This document shows, one piece after another, positions 38,135-49,744 of a stretch of DNA of 64,000 nucleotides; the stretch's first letter is position 1, and each line of letters begins with the position of its first letter. The translations under genes were made by a program, and so were the position numbers. Origin of the DNA: Hemiscyllium ocellatum. Lineage: Eukaryota. The notes beneath the pieces were generated by a model. It searched no databases, was not told the origin of the DNA, and saw only the letters and a list, made by a program, of their open reading frames with translations. The stretch is taken from the NCBI RefSeq assembly GCF_020745735.1, contig NC_083417.1, positions 75,764,001 through 75,828,000 on the forward strand, read 5' to 3'.

Positions 38135-38248
38135 ATTTTGCCTCGAAAATCATTGTTCCAATGATGGCTGGTTGGGCCACTGGTGCACTTGCAATTCTAA
38201 TATTGACCATGATGCTTACCAAGGGGTTCCTGTTCTTTAAAATCAAAG
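38135..38248 (+). CDS. Transmembrane exon of receptor 2
   Basis: ttacAG acceptor and G|GTATGT donor, 114 nt, phase 1-1; DFASKIIVPMMAGWATGALAILILTMMLTKGFLFFKIK. Confidence 0.75.
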
Positions 38249-38723
38249 GTATGTACAGGAATGAAATATCCCATTGAAATTAATATAATTGGGAGCTGAA
38301 TTTCTAAACTGTACAATTTAAACAACTATTTTACGTGAAACTTTTTTCAAACATATACCCTGATTCACATCTAATATAAAACAAGAACGTTTGCAGCTCC
38401 AGTTTGCTAAGATGTAGATCAGAATTGTGAGAGTGAACCACATTGCTGAAAGAAGTTTCCATTGTTTCAACGCTCAAGACATAAATTCAAAACATCAGTG
38501 TGTAATATGTAGAACTACATTGCAAAACTTTTTGTCCCATTGTATCCTGTTTACACCAGCCTTTGATTTCTGATGAGTCCAAGTATCATCCTTTTTGGTG
38601 TCGCTTCGTGTCATTTTTATTTCTCAGGAGGGAGAGAGAAAAAAAATCAATAAATCCAACTCAGCATGAAGATGTGGTGAGACAAATTTCTTTTATTATG
38701 TCTATTTTAATTTCGAAGTCGAG

Positions 38724-38890
38724 NNNNNNNNNNNNNNNNNNNNNNNNNNNNNNNNNNNNNNNNNNNNNNNNNNNNNNNNNNNNNNNNNNNNNNNNNNNNN
38801 NNNNNNNNNNNNNNNNNNNNNNNNNNNNNNNNNNNNNNNNNNNNNNNNNNNNNNNNNNNNNNNNNNNNNNNNNNNNNNNNNNNNNNNNNN
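38724..38890. other. Assembly gap (167 N)
   Basis: Run of N. Confidence 1.
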
Positions 38891-39339
38891 TTTGAAGATT
38901 TCATCAGCTCTCAAAGGCACAAATTCAGCTGAATAAAAACAACACTAAAGAAAATAGAAAATGGTAGGCAGTTCCCCAAACCGTTGCAACTATTTTAGAC
39001 AGTCAAACTCGTTCATAAACGTGTAAGCTGTAATAGTTACCTTTTGCTGATATTCTTAACCAAGATTCATAGATTTGCTGCTGGGAAAAAGCTATGATTT
39101 TTCATTTCTTTCATACTGAACAAATGACAATGTGCTGAATAATTTTGCCTTGTTGATTACAGACATAACATTACATTGGCTATTTTGAATGATACTTTTA
39201 AAAGTTTACAAATCGAGATGATTGTTCTCCCTTTTATTTCTTTACTGTTCAAAATTAACTCATCCATTAATCTGAGATCAGTGATTATGCCTGACTTCTA
39301 CCATTGCTTGTACCAAAGAACTGCAAATATTATGTAGAG

Positions 39340-39560
39340 TTGAAAAGGGTGACACTGGAAAATCACAGCAGGTCAGGCAGCATCCGAGGAGCAGAAAAGT
39401 AGTCATTTCAAACATTATATCTTCATCAAGAAGGATAGAAGGGCTTATGCTCGAAACGTGGACTCACCTGCTCCTTGGATGCTGTCTGACCCGCTGTCCT
39501 TTTCCAGCGCCACCCTTTTGAACTCTGACTCTCCAGTATATGCAGTCCTCACTTTCTTCT
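39340..39560. mobile_element. Degenerate fold-back Penelope-like terminal repeats (family A)
   Basis: CAGCAGGTCAGGCAGCATCCGAGGAGCAG mirrored by CTGCTCCTTGGATGCTGTCTGACCCGCTG. Confidence 0.7.
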
Positions 39561-40884
39561 AAATATATGATGCAGACAGCTTGAACAAGTTGGCTTCCTT
39601 CAAGTTTAACTGGAGTCTGTCTCTCTGCTACTGCAATGTGCTACGCAAAATGCTGTCTTGAAAAAGAAATGAATGAGTTGTTGTGATGCAAACTGCTTTC
39701 ATTTTTAATTTGTAAAATCAATGAAATGTGAGAGGAGCATCCGTATGTGTGGCAATGGAAAAGACGCGGAGCCATATTCAGGAATAACCGAGAACATTTG
39801 CGCCAAACTTGAAGCCCTTGTTCTGACTCCAGAGGACACAATTCAATGACACTTACTGATTCTTGACTGCAGCTGAATGCATTCAACCAGCAGATTTATT
39901 CTCTTTAAATATATTTTCAAAGCTGTTAGAGTCTCTAATTGAATTCATCAGATTTATCATCTCAATTGTAGTCCTGGATTTAAATTTGTTTTTAAAAATA
40001 TTTTTGATTCTACATCCTTGAGTTTAATACGCAAAAAAGCCTGATATTTCAATTCATTTAATACCTGGAATTCCCTCCTTGACAACAATGTACCTAAATT
40101 ACCTGGACAGCAGTAAGCCAAGAAGCTGGTTTGCTACTGGACTTTTAATGATAATCAGTTATTGGCACAGAATATTGACCTTGCCACTGTGGTTTACATC
40201 CCAGTAGAACTTGTCCGTCATGTAGAATCGACTCAACTCTATACTGCAGGTACAGCAAAAAGTAAATTCCTTTCTTGACGTCTTCAGAAATCCAGAACAA
40301 AGATTTTACTCCACTATTGCACATCTTGCTGTGAACTATCCCAGTTGTACTGTTGTAGATAGCAGAATGATGTGCAGATGCAATGTTTCGCCTGTGTTTT
40401 ATTGTTTCAATAGGAAAGAAAATTATCTATGATTGAGAAATACTGCACAGCAGATCAAAGATACCTTTTTTGATCACCGAAATTTTGTGGTTAAATTTTT
40501 TGACAAAAATGTCCCCGGTTGTTTTATTTTTTCTATTGTCACCAACCTGAACATGTTCTTCCCTAAATAGTTGACCAATTTTCTAACCTAAAACATCAAT
40601 AATTTACTTTAAAATGTATTGTCTGGCATTAAATGTACCTTGTGAATTCTTTGAAAATGCACTTCAGACTTTAGTGCTTTTATTTATTACTGTTGAACTG
40701 ACCTATTGAAATAATTACTTTCCTTTATTCATTAGGGCGCAATTTGATTTTAAAATTGATTTTCTATTGTCAATGGTAAGTAGTGTTCTTACTTTTTTCT
40801 AATTGTGCTAATTTAATTAAGTTATAATCAGGCTACGATCATTCAAATCCTGCACTATATACCCTCCAAATGAAAGCCGTTACT

Positions 40885-41112
40885 CATCCACTGATTCTAT
40901 CAACAAACATATCGACCTGGACCCAATATCCCGGCCACTGCAGCGGACAGCAACTGATAACCGGAAGCGGCAGAGACAAGCCATTATAAATGCCGAAGGA
41001 AACATGACAGAAGCGCTTCACAGGAGGCTCCCAAGCGCTGAGGATGTCACCTAGAAAGGGGACGAAACGTTTGCAACAAAAACTCCCAGCTCGGCGAACA
41101 GAACCACAACAG
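40885..41112 (+). mobile_element. Penelope-like terminal repeat (family B)
   Basis: Reverse-complement match to 29400-29625. Confidence 0.85.
41035..41074 (+). ncRNA. Minimal hammerhead motif (family B)
   Basis: GCG-CTGAGGA-T-GTC-A-CCT-AGAA-AGG-G-GAC-GAAA-C-GTT-TGC; core intact, GUU triplet, 3-bp stem I. Confidence 0.6.
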
Positions 41113-41447
41113 AAAATCACTTGTCAGAATTCAAAAACCTAATTAAATTCAACTAATGCATGCAACTTTTTCTTCAAGACATTGCATTATAGCAAAATAT
41201 CCTTGGTGACTTTAAATTAAAACTCTACTAATATTAGTAAAATTGAAACGTAATATTTGCTTTTTGGGATGTGGTGTGATATTCGTGGCAAGAAACGGAT
41301 TAGAGTGAGAAACTGTAAACTTTAATGGTTGTAATGAAGAGTTAGCAAAGTCAGTCCAACAAACTAATTGCCCATGTTAAGAATGTATGCTTGTGTCTTG
41401 ACTGCAAAATAAAATAATCTAATAAGTGCTGAATCTTGACTATCTAG

Positions 41448-41558
41448 AGAAAACGAGAGATGCCTGAGGATAAGCTGACATACGCTGCTCTCAATCTACT
41501 TGGTTCCGAGTATTGTATAATTCTTCAACAACGAGAAGAAATGACAATGTATGCCGAG
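41448..41558 (+). CDS. Cytoplasmic exon A of receptor 2 (ITIM plus ITSM-like)
   Basis: tatctAG acceptor, phase 0; RKREMPEDKLTYAALNLLGSEYCIILQQREEMTMYAE(V); LTYAAL 41475-41492, TMYAEV 41544-41561; possible donor GTACAT at 41559. Confidence 0.7.
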
Positions 41559-41569
41559 GTACATTTTAG

Positions 41570-42225
41570 ATCATATAGACTCATAGAGATGTACACCACG
41601 GAAACAGATCATTTTTTCCTACTCGTACATGCTGACTAGATATCCTAAATTAACATCGTCCCATTTGCCAGCTCTTTGCCGATATCCCTTTAATCCATTT
41701 TTATTCATGTACCCATCCAGATACCTTTAAATGTTGTAATTGCGTTTGCCTCCACCACTTTCTCTGGCAGCTCATTCCATACATGCCTTTGCATTAAAAA
41801 ATTGCCCCTTACGTCTCTTTTATATTTTTTCCTTCTCATTTTAAAAGTATGCTCTCTCGTTCTGGACTCCCAAAACCCAGGCAAAAAACCTTATCTATTT
41901 GCATTATACATGACCGTTGTGATTTTATAAACCTCGATAAAGTCATCCCTCAGCCTCCAACACACCAGGGCGACCACCCCAAGCTATTCAGCCTCTCCCT
42001 ATAGCTCATTCCTCCAAACCTGGCAATATTCTTGTAGAATCTCAACTTTCGCACCATCCTTCCTATAGGAGGAAGACCAGAATTGCACACAACATTCCAA
42101 AAGTGGTCTTACCAATGTTATATATAGCCGCAGCATGACTTCCTAACTGCTATATTCAATGCTCTGACCAATAAAGGAAAGCATACAAAATACCTTCTTC
42201 ACTATTCTATCTACCTGAGACTCTT
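41570..42225 (-). mobile_element. CR1 LINE 3' fragment
   Basis: TCATAGA-type tail; reverse complement encodes F...VQFW.SSYRK and LNSLG..ALVCWRLR.D. Confidence 0.8.
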
Positions 42226-42342
42226 GCGTAAATAATCATCTACACGAGTTGATTTCAAAATGATGTTGAAAATTGCTTATTGAAATTTTCATCGAGAATG
42301 ATTTAAATGAGCACTAATTTTGTCTCAGTGCTGTGTTTTCAG

Positions 42343-42471
42343 AAAAATCAGAGCATGACAGACAGAAAACTGACTTACCTTGCTTTGAAATTCAATGATT
42401 CCAGTACTTCATTGAAACTCAAACGCCAAGAAATCAGTCCAGTATATGCAGCAGTGAAAAACAGCCACTAA
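42343..42471 (+). CDS. Terminal cytoplasmic exon B of receptor 2 (ITIM plus second Tyr motif)
   Basis: gtgttttcAG acceptor, phase 0; KNQSMTDRKLTYLALKFNDSSTSLKLKRQEISPVYAAVKNSH*; LTYLAL 42370-42387, PVYAAV 42439-42456. Confidence 0.75.
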   Translation, partial: KNQSMTDRKLTYLALKFNDSSTSLKLKRQEISPVYAAVKNSH

Positions 42472-43639
42472 ATGTGGCAAATGAAAATATACTCAAAGGA
42501 TAGATGCAAAGACTGCATCACAGAGATGTTTATGTTGCTTATCACTTTAAAGTGTTATTTTCCTCAAATAAATCTATAGTAATTTTGCAAAACTGTGCAT
42601 TAATTTCTGCTTGATTTCAGCTTTAAAATGATTGCAACAGTTACCACTAAAAATCACAACTCAATTATTTCTAACGGTTAAAGATCTCCTTTTTTTAAAA
42701 TCTGTCCAAAGTTTGACATATTAATATTGAAGATATTATTGAGCATTTTTATGTGGCTGTACACTGTCACATATTCACCGTAATTCCGCTTGTACCTGTA
42801 ACATGGGGTAATACCGATATTTTCATTTCCGTTGTCCAATCATTGAATTTTGACTTAGAAATGACGGGCTTTACTGTGACAAATGTTCGCAAGGTTTCTG
42901 TTGGTTAATTCTCCTTAACTTGTTTGTGTTTCATTATCTTTACTGGCACAAGTTGATATTTCATTTTGCTTTCATTGCGGCACTTGTTTTAATCTGGCCT
43001 CTCCCCTTGTTTTGAGAATGTACATTTTGATTTTTCCGAATCCAGAGAGTGAAAGAGATCTAATTGCAACTCTGTCTCATATTTTGATGGTTTATTTTGC
43101 TTGGTTATTTCACTTAAGTTAATAATTGACAGTTTGTTATTCAAATTTTATTCTTATCGTACATTCCATGTAGAGTGGCACTCTGCCGAGACATTTCAGA
43201 ATGATGCTCCATCCTTGATGCTACACTATTGACGTTGCAATCTTGTTATAGTATGATATAGTAGGAAACAATGGCATGACTCATGAATGTCTCTGAATAA
43301 CGAAACGTAAAGTTATCTTTATTGATGTGAGAATGAAATTGCCGAAATAAATTAATTTACATTTGAAGAAAGTGCATTGATATACGCCTAAGCAATATTT
43401 TCAATACATATGTGTATTGTTTTCATATAGCAATCTAAACTGTGCACATGTTTTATTATGGATTTTTATGAACATGAATGTATTTTTGACCGAGTGATCA
43501 AAAACTTACAATTATGCAACTATAAAAATGAATTTATTAGTCTGAAGACTTTTGAAAGACTACTTGGTGAGTTGTAAGCTGTGATTGGCTAAATCGAGGC
43601 AAAGAAAAATGATGACAAAATCTGTTTTTCTTTGAGAAA

Positions 43640-44050
43640 AGATTAGACAGCTACAGAAAGGGGTAGGCTGATTGATTGAAGCATATAAAATCTTAAGCAG
43701 CCTTGACAGGGTAAAGTTGGAGATTTTTCCTCCGACGGTAAAACTGAGAATTGTTTAAAAGAATCAAAGGGTGACCATTGAAGCAGCAATGGACTTCTTT
43801 TTGTGTCCGGGATTTATGAGTCTTTGGACCACTGTTCCTCAAAAGGTGGCAGAAGCAAAGTTCTTGAATATTTTAAAGTCACAAATCGACAGATTCTGGT
43901 GGAGCAAAGAGGTGAAAGGTGATTGTATTGCTGTTGAATATAGATTTGAGGTTACAGTCAGACTCCATATGGCCTTGTTTGTGCAACGTGTTTTGATTTG
44001 TTCTCCCAAATGGACTGCATTTGCATATCAATTATTTTATTGAATATTCT
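43640..44050 (+). mobile_element. Old CR1 LINE 3' fragments
   Basis: LIEAYKIL..LDRV and SLW..VPQKVAEAKFLNILK..IDRF motifs. Confidence 0.6.
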
Positions 44051-44114
44051 GAATAACAGTGCAGGCTAGAGAGATTGACTGATCTACCCTTGCTTCTTAT
44101 TGTATTGTTCATAT

Positions 44115-44915
44115 TGTTGCAAAGTTGGTGTTTTTAAAGCGTTTGGGGTTGTGGGGTGGGGGGGGGGAGATGGTTAGAATATGAGGAGGCATTGCATGTC
44201 CCTTGAAAAAATGGCGTTTTTTCTTTCTTTTGAGATTTACAATGGAGGGTTGTGAACTGAGCCAATCAATGTAAACCAAGTACTAAGATACCAAAAACCT
44301 ATAAATTTGAATCAGGTGGCATAAAAGATGGGAGCAGTTGGACAAAGACCTCAGAGCTAACTGACATCTGCCAGAGCTACCAGCCCTCAGCACTTGAGAG
44401 AGAACCGCTGTCTCTCACAGCCTTCTCTAAGTATTTGAGATAACACTTAGTAAACAACAACGGTACAAATGACGCAGAAAGCATTCCTGACAGACGAATA
44501 GATGCAGAAGGTGCAGGACATTCCAGAAGACACATAACCTGACTGTACTTTCAAGAGAATAACTTCTTTTTTTTGTTGTTTGAGTTGGACTTTCGTTCAT
44601 TGGAACAGCATACAAATTAGAATTTTGTTTTGTTCAGTAATAGTTTGCAGTTAGAAGGGAATTATTCAGCTTGTTAAAAATTCAGTTTATTTGTTCACTA
44701 TTTGTGTTCGATAAATAAATTGTTACCTGTTGATATTAAAGTGAGATTCAGGGATTTATTTTATTTACTCACAAGACGTTGCTGAAAAACAGGTTAACCA
44801 TTTCACTCTATTTTTAAAGATTATCGGGCGAGCTGCTCCTCTTTCGGTAGTTTGGTTTCAGTTCTCGGGGAAGATCAATATCCATTTTATAACAGATTGG
44901 GGGCTTGTCATCTGG
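44115..44915 (+). mobile_element. LTR (TGT...ACA, about 780 bp) followed by a degenerate tRNA-Pro-type primer-binding site
   Basis: Starts TGTTGC at 44115; AATAAA near 44713; ends TATAACA at 44894; then TGGGGGCTTGTC..TGGGATT at 44898, similar to the tRNA-Pro PBS TGGGGGCTCGTCCGGGAT. Confidence 0.5.
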
Positions 44916-44959
44916 GATTTGAACAGATTTTGCGCACGAAAGGTCCCAGCAGATTTAAA

Positions 44960-45530
44960 TTGATTGACCCACAAACTGAATGTTGACATTGTGAACAGTA
45001 TTGAAAAGGAAATTAGAGGTGCATGTCACTAGGGAAAATCGGTGATGATGCGTGATTTTACTCTGCCCATAGATTGTGCAAATCAAATTATCCACAGAGC
45101 TGTAGAGGAGGAATTCCTGGAGTGTGTGCGGGATGGTTTTCTTGACCAATATGTGGAGGAACCCACTAAAGAGCAGGCCATCTTCGACGGGATTATGTGT
45201 AACGGGAAGTGAATTATTGCCAATCTAACTGTGTGAGACCCTTGGGGCTGAGCGACCAGAACATGATAGAATGGTTTATCAAGATATCGAGTGAGAAAGT
45301 TAATTCAGAGACTAGGATGCTGCATCTTACCCAAAGAAGCTATGGAGATATGAAGCATGAGTTGGCCTTGATAAATTGGGGAACGTTGATAGTGGATAGG
45401 AAACGGCAAACATTCAAGGAACGCCTGGGAGAACTGCAACAACAGTTTATTCCTGTCCAGCACAAAAGCAAAATGTGTAAGAGGGCCAATTGATGGATTG
45501 CAAACAAAACGTGAGATCGTATTAAATCCT
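44960..45530 (+). mobile_element. CR1 LINE endonuclease-region fragment
   Basis: FLECVRDGFLDQYVEEPT...AI.D, PLGLSDQNMIEW. Confidence 0.8.
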
Positions 45531-45550
45531 AGAAAAAAATCAGTTTGTAT

Positions 45551-46794
45551 GTCACATCAATTAAAGAAACAATGTCACAAATTACAAGAATTAGGTTTAT
45601 AATTTAAAACACTCATCCAACACGCAGATCAAGTACTTCTCAATTTTAAATTTGTGATCAATATCAGTTATTTTATAACGCCTAGAATGTTGCTTACACC
45701 CGTTTGGCGTTTTCTAGTCCTTGGTAAAGTTGTGAATATCTTCATTTGAGAGTAATTGGTGAAAAGGGGTTACATAGCCAAGAATCATTGAGAGAAACCT
45801 GCACATAGATTGAGATAAATAATGTCAAAGACATGATGCTGATACGTAGCGCCGAAAAAGTAACAACAAATGGAATTTGAGCAGATTAATCTGACATTGC
45901 TGCTCAGTTTTTTTTACGATACAGCAATGAGAGGTTCATCATTGTGCTCTGTTGTCCTGCTTGCAATACAGAGTTTAGCAGTAGTTTTGCTTCCCTGCCC
46001 TTCAAATTGCTACAATTACAGTGGGCTGCTTCATAAAAAGATTTTGCTTCAAAATGTTAACAACACTGAAAACCAAAAGCAATTGGCTATGCGAGCCAAA
46101 CAAGGGCCAACACATCAAATCATACTATGGAAGATTTAGTGCAAAGCATTGTGGATTGCAGCACTTCAGGTGCACATCCAAATAAAAATAACTTGTGAAA
46201 GAGTCAAAGTTGTCTGCCTGTAATATACTTTCAGACCAGAGATTTTAGATAGCTACCATACTCTGGGATAAACAGTTTCATCATCTACCCGTTAAGCTTA
46301 TCTGTCAATCTCTTTAAATCTATATCCGCTGACCTCAACATGAAGGCTAAGGACCTCTTCCCCATCCATAATATCACAGCCTTCCTCAGTTTTGTGCATC
46401 CCAATTGTGTGGCAAATGTATCATTCCATCCAATCGGTCCTCAGCAACATTTTTAGGTCGCAACAACTGCTTCCAGAATACCTTCAGCGTACGCTCACGA
46501 ATGTCATCATGTTTTGTGGTGGTTTCCAGTCACAAAAAGAGCGGATCTTATTTGGAAAGGCATGTTTTTTTTCACTCAGTGAACAAATAGTCATGTGCTC
46601 ATTGATTCACGCGCATGTATGTGGTTCAATTAGGGATAGCGAAGAACGCTTAAGAAGTATTTGTGTATCCTAATCTTAGTTACAACAGATGGTCTCATAT
46701 TTTTCTTGCCAGTATGTCTAAGGGTTGTTCACTTTGGGATATCCTGTCTGCTATGCATCTTGTGTGCAGGTACATATTTCGTTTGCTGTGTATG
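45551..46794 (+). repeat. Copy 2 of the 1.25-kb direct repeat (3' flank of the GPCR)
   Basis: Collinear with 33523-34769; ends about 115 bp from the GPCR stop codon. Confidence 0.92.
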
Positions 46795-46909
46795 CCTCTG
46801 GATCTTCTTCTCATTTGCTGCGTTACCCCATTTTCCTTGCATGCAATAACTTTTAATAAATCTTTTCCCATAAGATCAAAATAAATTCTGATAAAGGCAA
46901 CCATATTGT

Positions 46910-47802
46910 TTAGAGATTGACAGCTCTGAGAAACAAACAGATGGGATATGTCACAATTCTTTTTAACTGCTCTCGGAATTGACTCTGGGTCACTGTGTAG
47001 ATGCAAGTATTTGTGCAGGTACTGAGGAGCTGGAGCAGGTATCCAATGGTACCCATAATACGTGAAGGTGGAGATAAATTGTACATGAATGCAATTCGCT
47101 GATGGATGAAACATGAAACATAAGTCGTCCATAACAGGATGAAACTGCCTGAGATAGCGAAGAGTAAAATGACGGACTTTCTGCGCCTTTCCATCTCTGG
47201 GTCATTCGCACCTTCCCTTTCAGTTTCTACCCGGAGTCTCCTGCGGGCTTTACTAGCCATGAAAATGTGTCTGACTGTCAGAATGTTAAATACAACTATT
47301 AAAAGGAATGGTACTAAAGGGGTTAGAAAACGATGCAGAAGTTCATATGCTACCCAGAAGATTGAAGTGTAATATTCTGGTTTTGTGATGCAAAACCACT
47401 CCAAGTTATTGAAGGTGTATTTAGCTCTGTATTTCACAAACCAGGGAATACTTTCCAAACAGCCCAAAGAACTTACTGTTCCAATAACCACGAGCGCTAT
47501 TTTCTCAGTGCAGTATTTTGCTCTGAGTTTCTTACAACAAATAGCCACAAATCGATCAAAGGTGAAAGCAACTGTGAGCCAAACTGAACAGACTGTGGTG
47601 CCAATAATAAGCACTGCAACCAAACTACACACAGGAGTAATATCCAGGAAAGAAACTGGAAAATAAATAATAAGCCATCTCAACATTACGTCAGAGATGA
47701 CAACCAGAAGATCTGTCACTGCCATGGCCACCAGGTAATAATTGACACTTTTGGAGAGTCCACAGCTTCTGCGAGATAGGATTGCAACCGCCAACAAGTT
47801 AA
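46910..47802 (-). CDS. GPR139/GPR142-like class A GPCR, exon 2
   Basis: ttttatttaacAG acceptor, phase 1; NLLAVAIL (TM1), YLVAMAVTDLL (TM2), FTFDRFVAIC (DRF), IPW, VPF, LLW, STCTNTCIY; open to TAA. Confidence 0.93.
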
Positions 47803-47949
47803 CTGTTAAATAAAAGATAATATTATTGTGCAGATTCAAAGCCGAAATTTCATAGCAATTATTCTGTTAATGTGACTACATGATACCTAGAAGTGCATTT
47901 TTAGTGTACTTGCATTCTTGATAGGAAAAATGAAATGCTTATAGTTGGT

Positions 47950-48234
47950 GGGCGGCACGGTGGCACAGTGGTTAGCACTGCTGCCTCACAGCACCTGAGA
48001 CCCGGGTTCAATTCCCGACTCAGGCGACTGACTGTGTGGAGTTTGCATGTTGTCTGCGTGGGTTTCCTCTCGGTGCTCCGGTTTCCTCCCACAGTCCAAG
48101 GATGTGCGGGTCAGGTGAATTGGCATGCTAAATTTGCCCATAGTGTTAGGTAAGGGGTAAATGTTGGGTTGTGGGTCGGTGTGGACTTGTTGGGCCGAAG
48201 GGCCTGCTTCCACACTGTAAGTGATCTAATCTAA
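47950..48234 (+). mobile_element. HE1-type SINE
   Basis: Near-identical to 32061-32368 with small deletions. Confidence 0.93.
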
Positions 48235-49238
48235 CTATGAAAAACAAGCAAAGTAAGTTTTTAGAAATAGTTGTACATTGTACACAGATGAAGACAAGAA
48301 TGTCCATTTGATCGTATTCCAATATCCAATAGATCCCATTTTGTCCTGGAGTTACTGTTTGCCAGAAAATTATTGCTGAAGAGGCTTTCAGATTGTGACC
48401 TTGTAGAGTACCCGGAATTATAGATTTCAAGATTGAAGATTCCACTTATAATTACCATATGCTTGGAACACTGTAAAAATATGACAATATCTTGGAGAAT
48501 TTATAGAATTCCACTACAGTTGAGTAAATAGTAACTCAGGAAATATTAGACAATTGAATATATAATCTCATTCCTGAGCCAAATAATCGTTCAAATGCAC
48601 AAATTACAACACATCCACAACAGTTCCATGTCCACACATTCCCATCCCCCCACCAACACATGCACACAAACACACACACAGTTCTCGAGAAACCAAGAAC
48701 CTGAGCCTACATCCACCCTCTTACCCTTGGAATCCAATGAACCTACCACATCGAGGCACAGCTCTAATAGCCCAAGATCTGTCTCCCACACTTCCATCTA
48801 CCTTGCAACCGATTTATCTGCGATCATACCGATCACTTACCCACCTGCAAACATGTCCATTACTCACCTGATACCCACCGTAGCTGATCCGCTAAACTTA
48901 ATATGATAGCTTACCGGAAACCATCCATTCTGGCAACCTAACCTCACACTTACATTGCGTATCTGACCTTTCATATGAGCTTTCACGGGATGATGAACTT
49001 TAAATTATAGAATACAGCAACTGACTAATGTGAGAAATTTGTCGTGATTTACCCTCTCCCGAACTGTTCTGTAGGAACTGTCAGAATGGAAGTACATCTG
49101 ATAGTGTCCTGATCAGAATCTCCTGTCAGAAATGCAGATATTTCAGTCAGTAAAATTGGAGGAATAGTGTGGCAATCTGCATGTGAGTGCACTTGGAATA
49201 AATTGACAATAATCCCAGTGGGCTGCTCTGTCAGACAT

Positions 49239-49274
49239 AGAGAGAGAGAGAGAGAGAGAGATAGAGAGAGAGAG
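49239..49274. repeat. (AG)n microsatellite
   Basis: Direct reading of the sequence. Confidence 0.9.
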
Positions 49275-49450
49275 TATGGCTAGTGATGATTTATCCTGAG
49301 GATCACCAACAAGGGTGAAATTGTGAAAGTCCCAACTAGGTCTAGGAAGTGAGCCAATGCTATTAGCATTACGCTTAAGGCAAACCAGCCAACTGAGCTA
49401 AATTACTCACAGTCTAGAAGATAATTACATTCCTGAAAAGAAACTGATGG

Positions 49451-49744
49451 GGGCGGCACGGTGGCACAGTGGTTAGCACTGCTGTCTCGCAGCGCCTGGA
49501 GACCCGGGTTCAATTCCCGACTCAGGCGACTGACTGTGTGGAGTTTGCATGTTCTCCCCGTGTCTGCGTGGGTTTGCTCCGGTTTTCTCCCACAGTCCAA
49601 AGATGTGTGGGTCAGGTGAATTGGCCATTCTAAATTGCCCATAGTGGTTAGTGGTAAGGGGTAAGGGATGATGTAGGGGTATGGGTGGGTTGCGCTTCGG
49701 CGGGTCGGTGTGGACTTGTTGGGTCCCAGTTGATTAATCTAATC
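49451..49744 (+). mobile_element. HE1-type SINE, 3' end altered
   Basis: Same head and body as 32061-32368. Confidence 0.9.

Noticed and set aside
38563-38920. ORFs spanning the N run
   Set aside because: Artefacts of the assembly gap
40205-40249. Small exon VELVRHVESTQLYTA as the TM-to-ITIM linker
   Set aside because: Phase 1-1, so it does not bridge to the phase-0 ITIM exons; no independent support
45870-46673. ORFs inside the duplicated block as a small gene
   Set aside because: The matching frames are interrupted in copy 1 (e.g. at about 33840-34110) and show no recognisable motif
47803-47839. ORF-track start MNLHNNIIFYLT for the GPCR
   Set aside because: It is the intron polypyrimidine tract and acceptor; the true TM1 start is in exon 1 at 55828-55912
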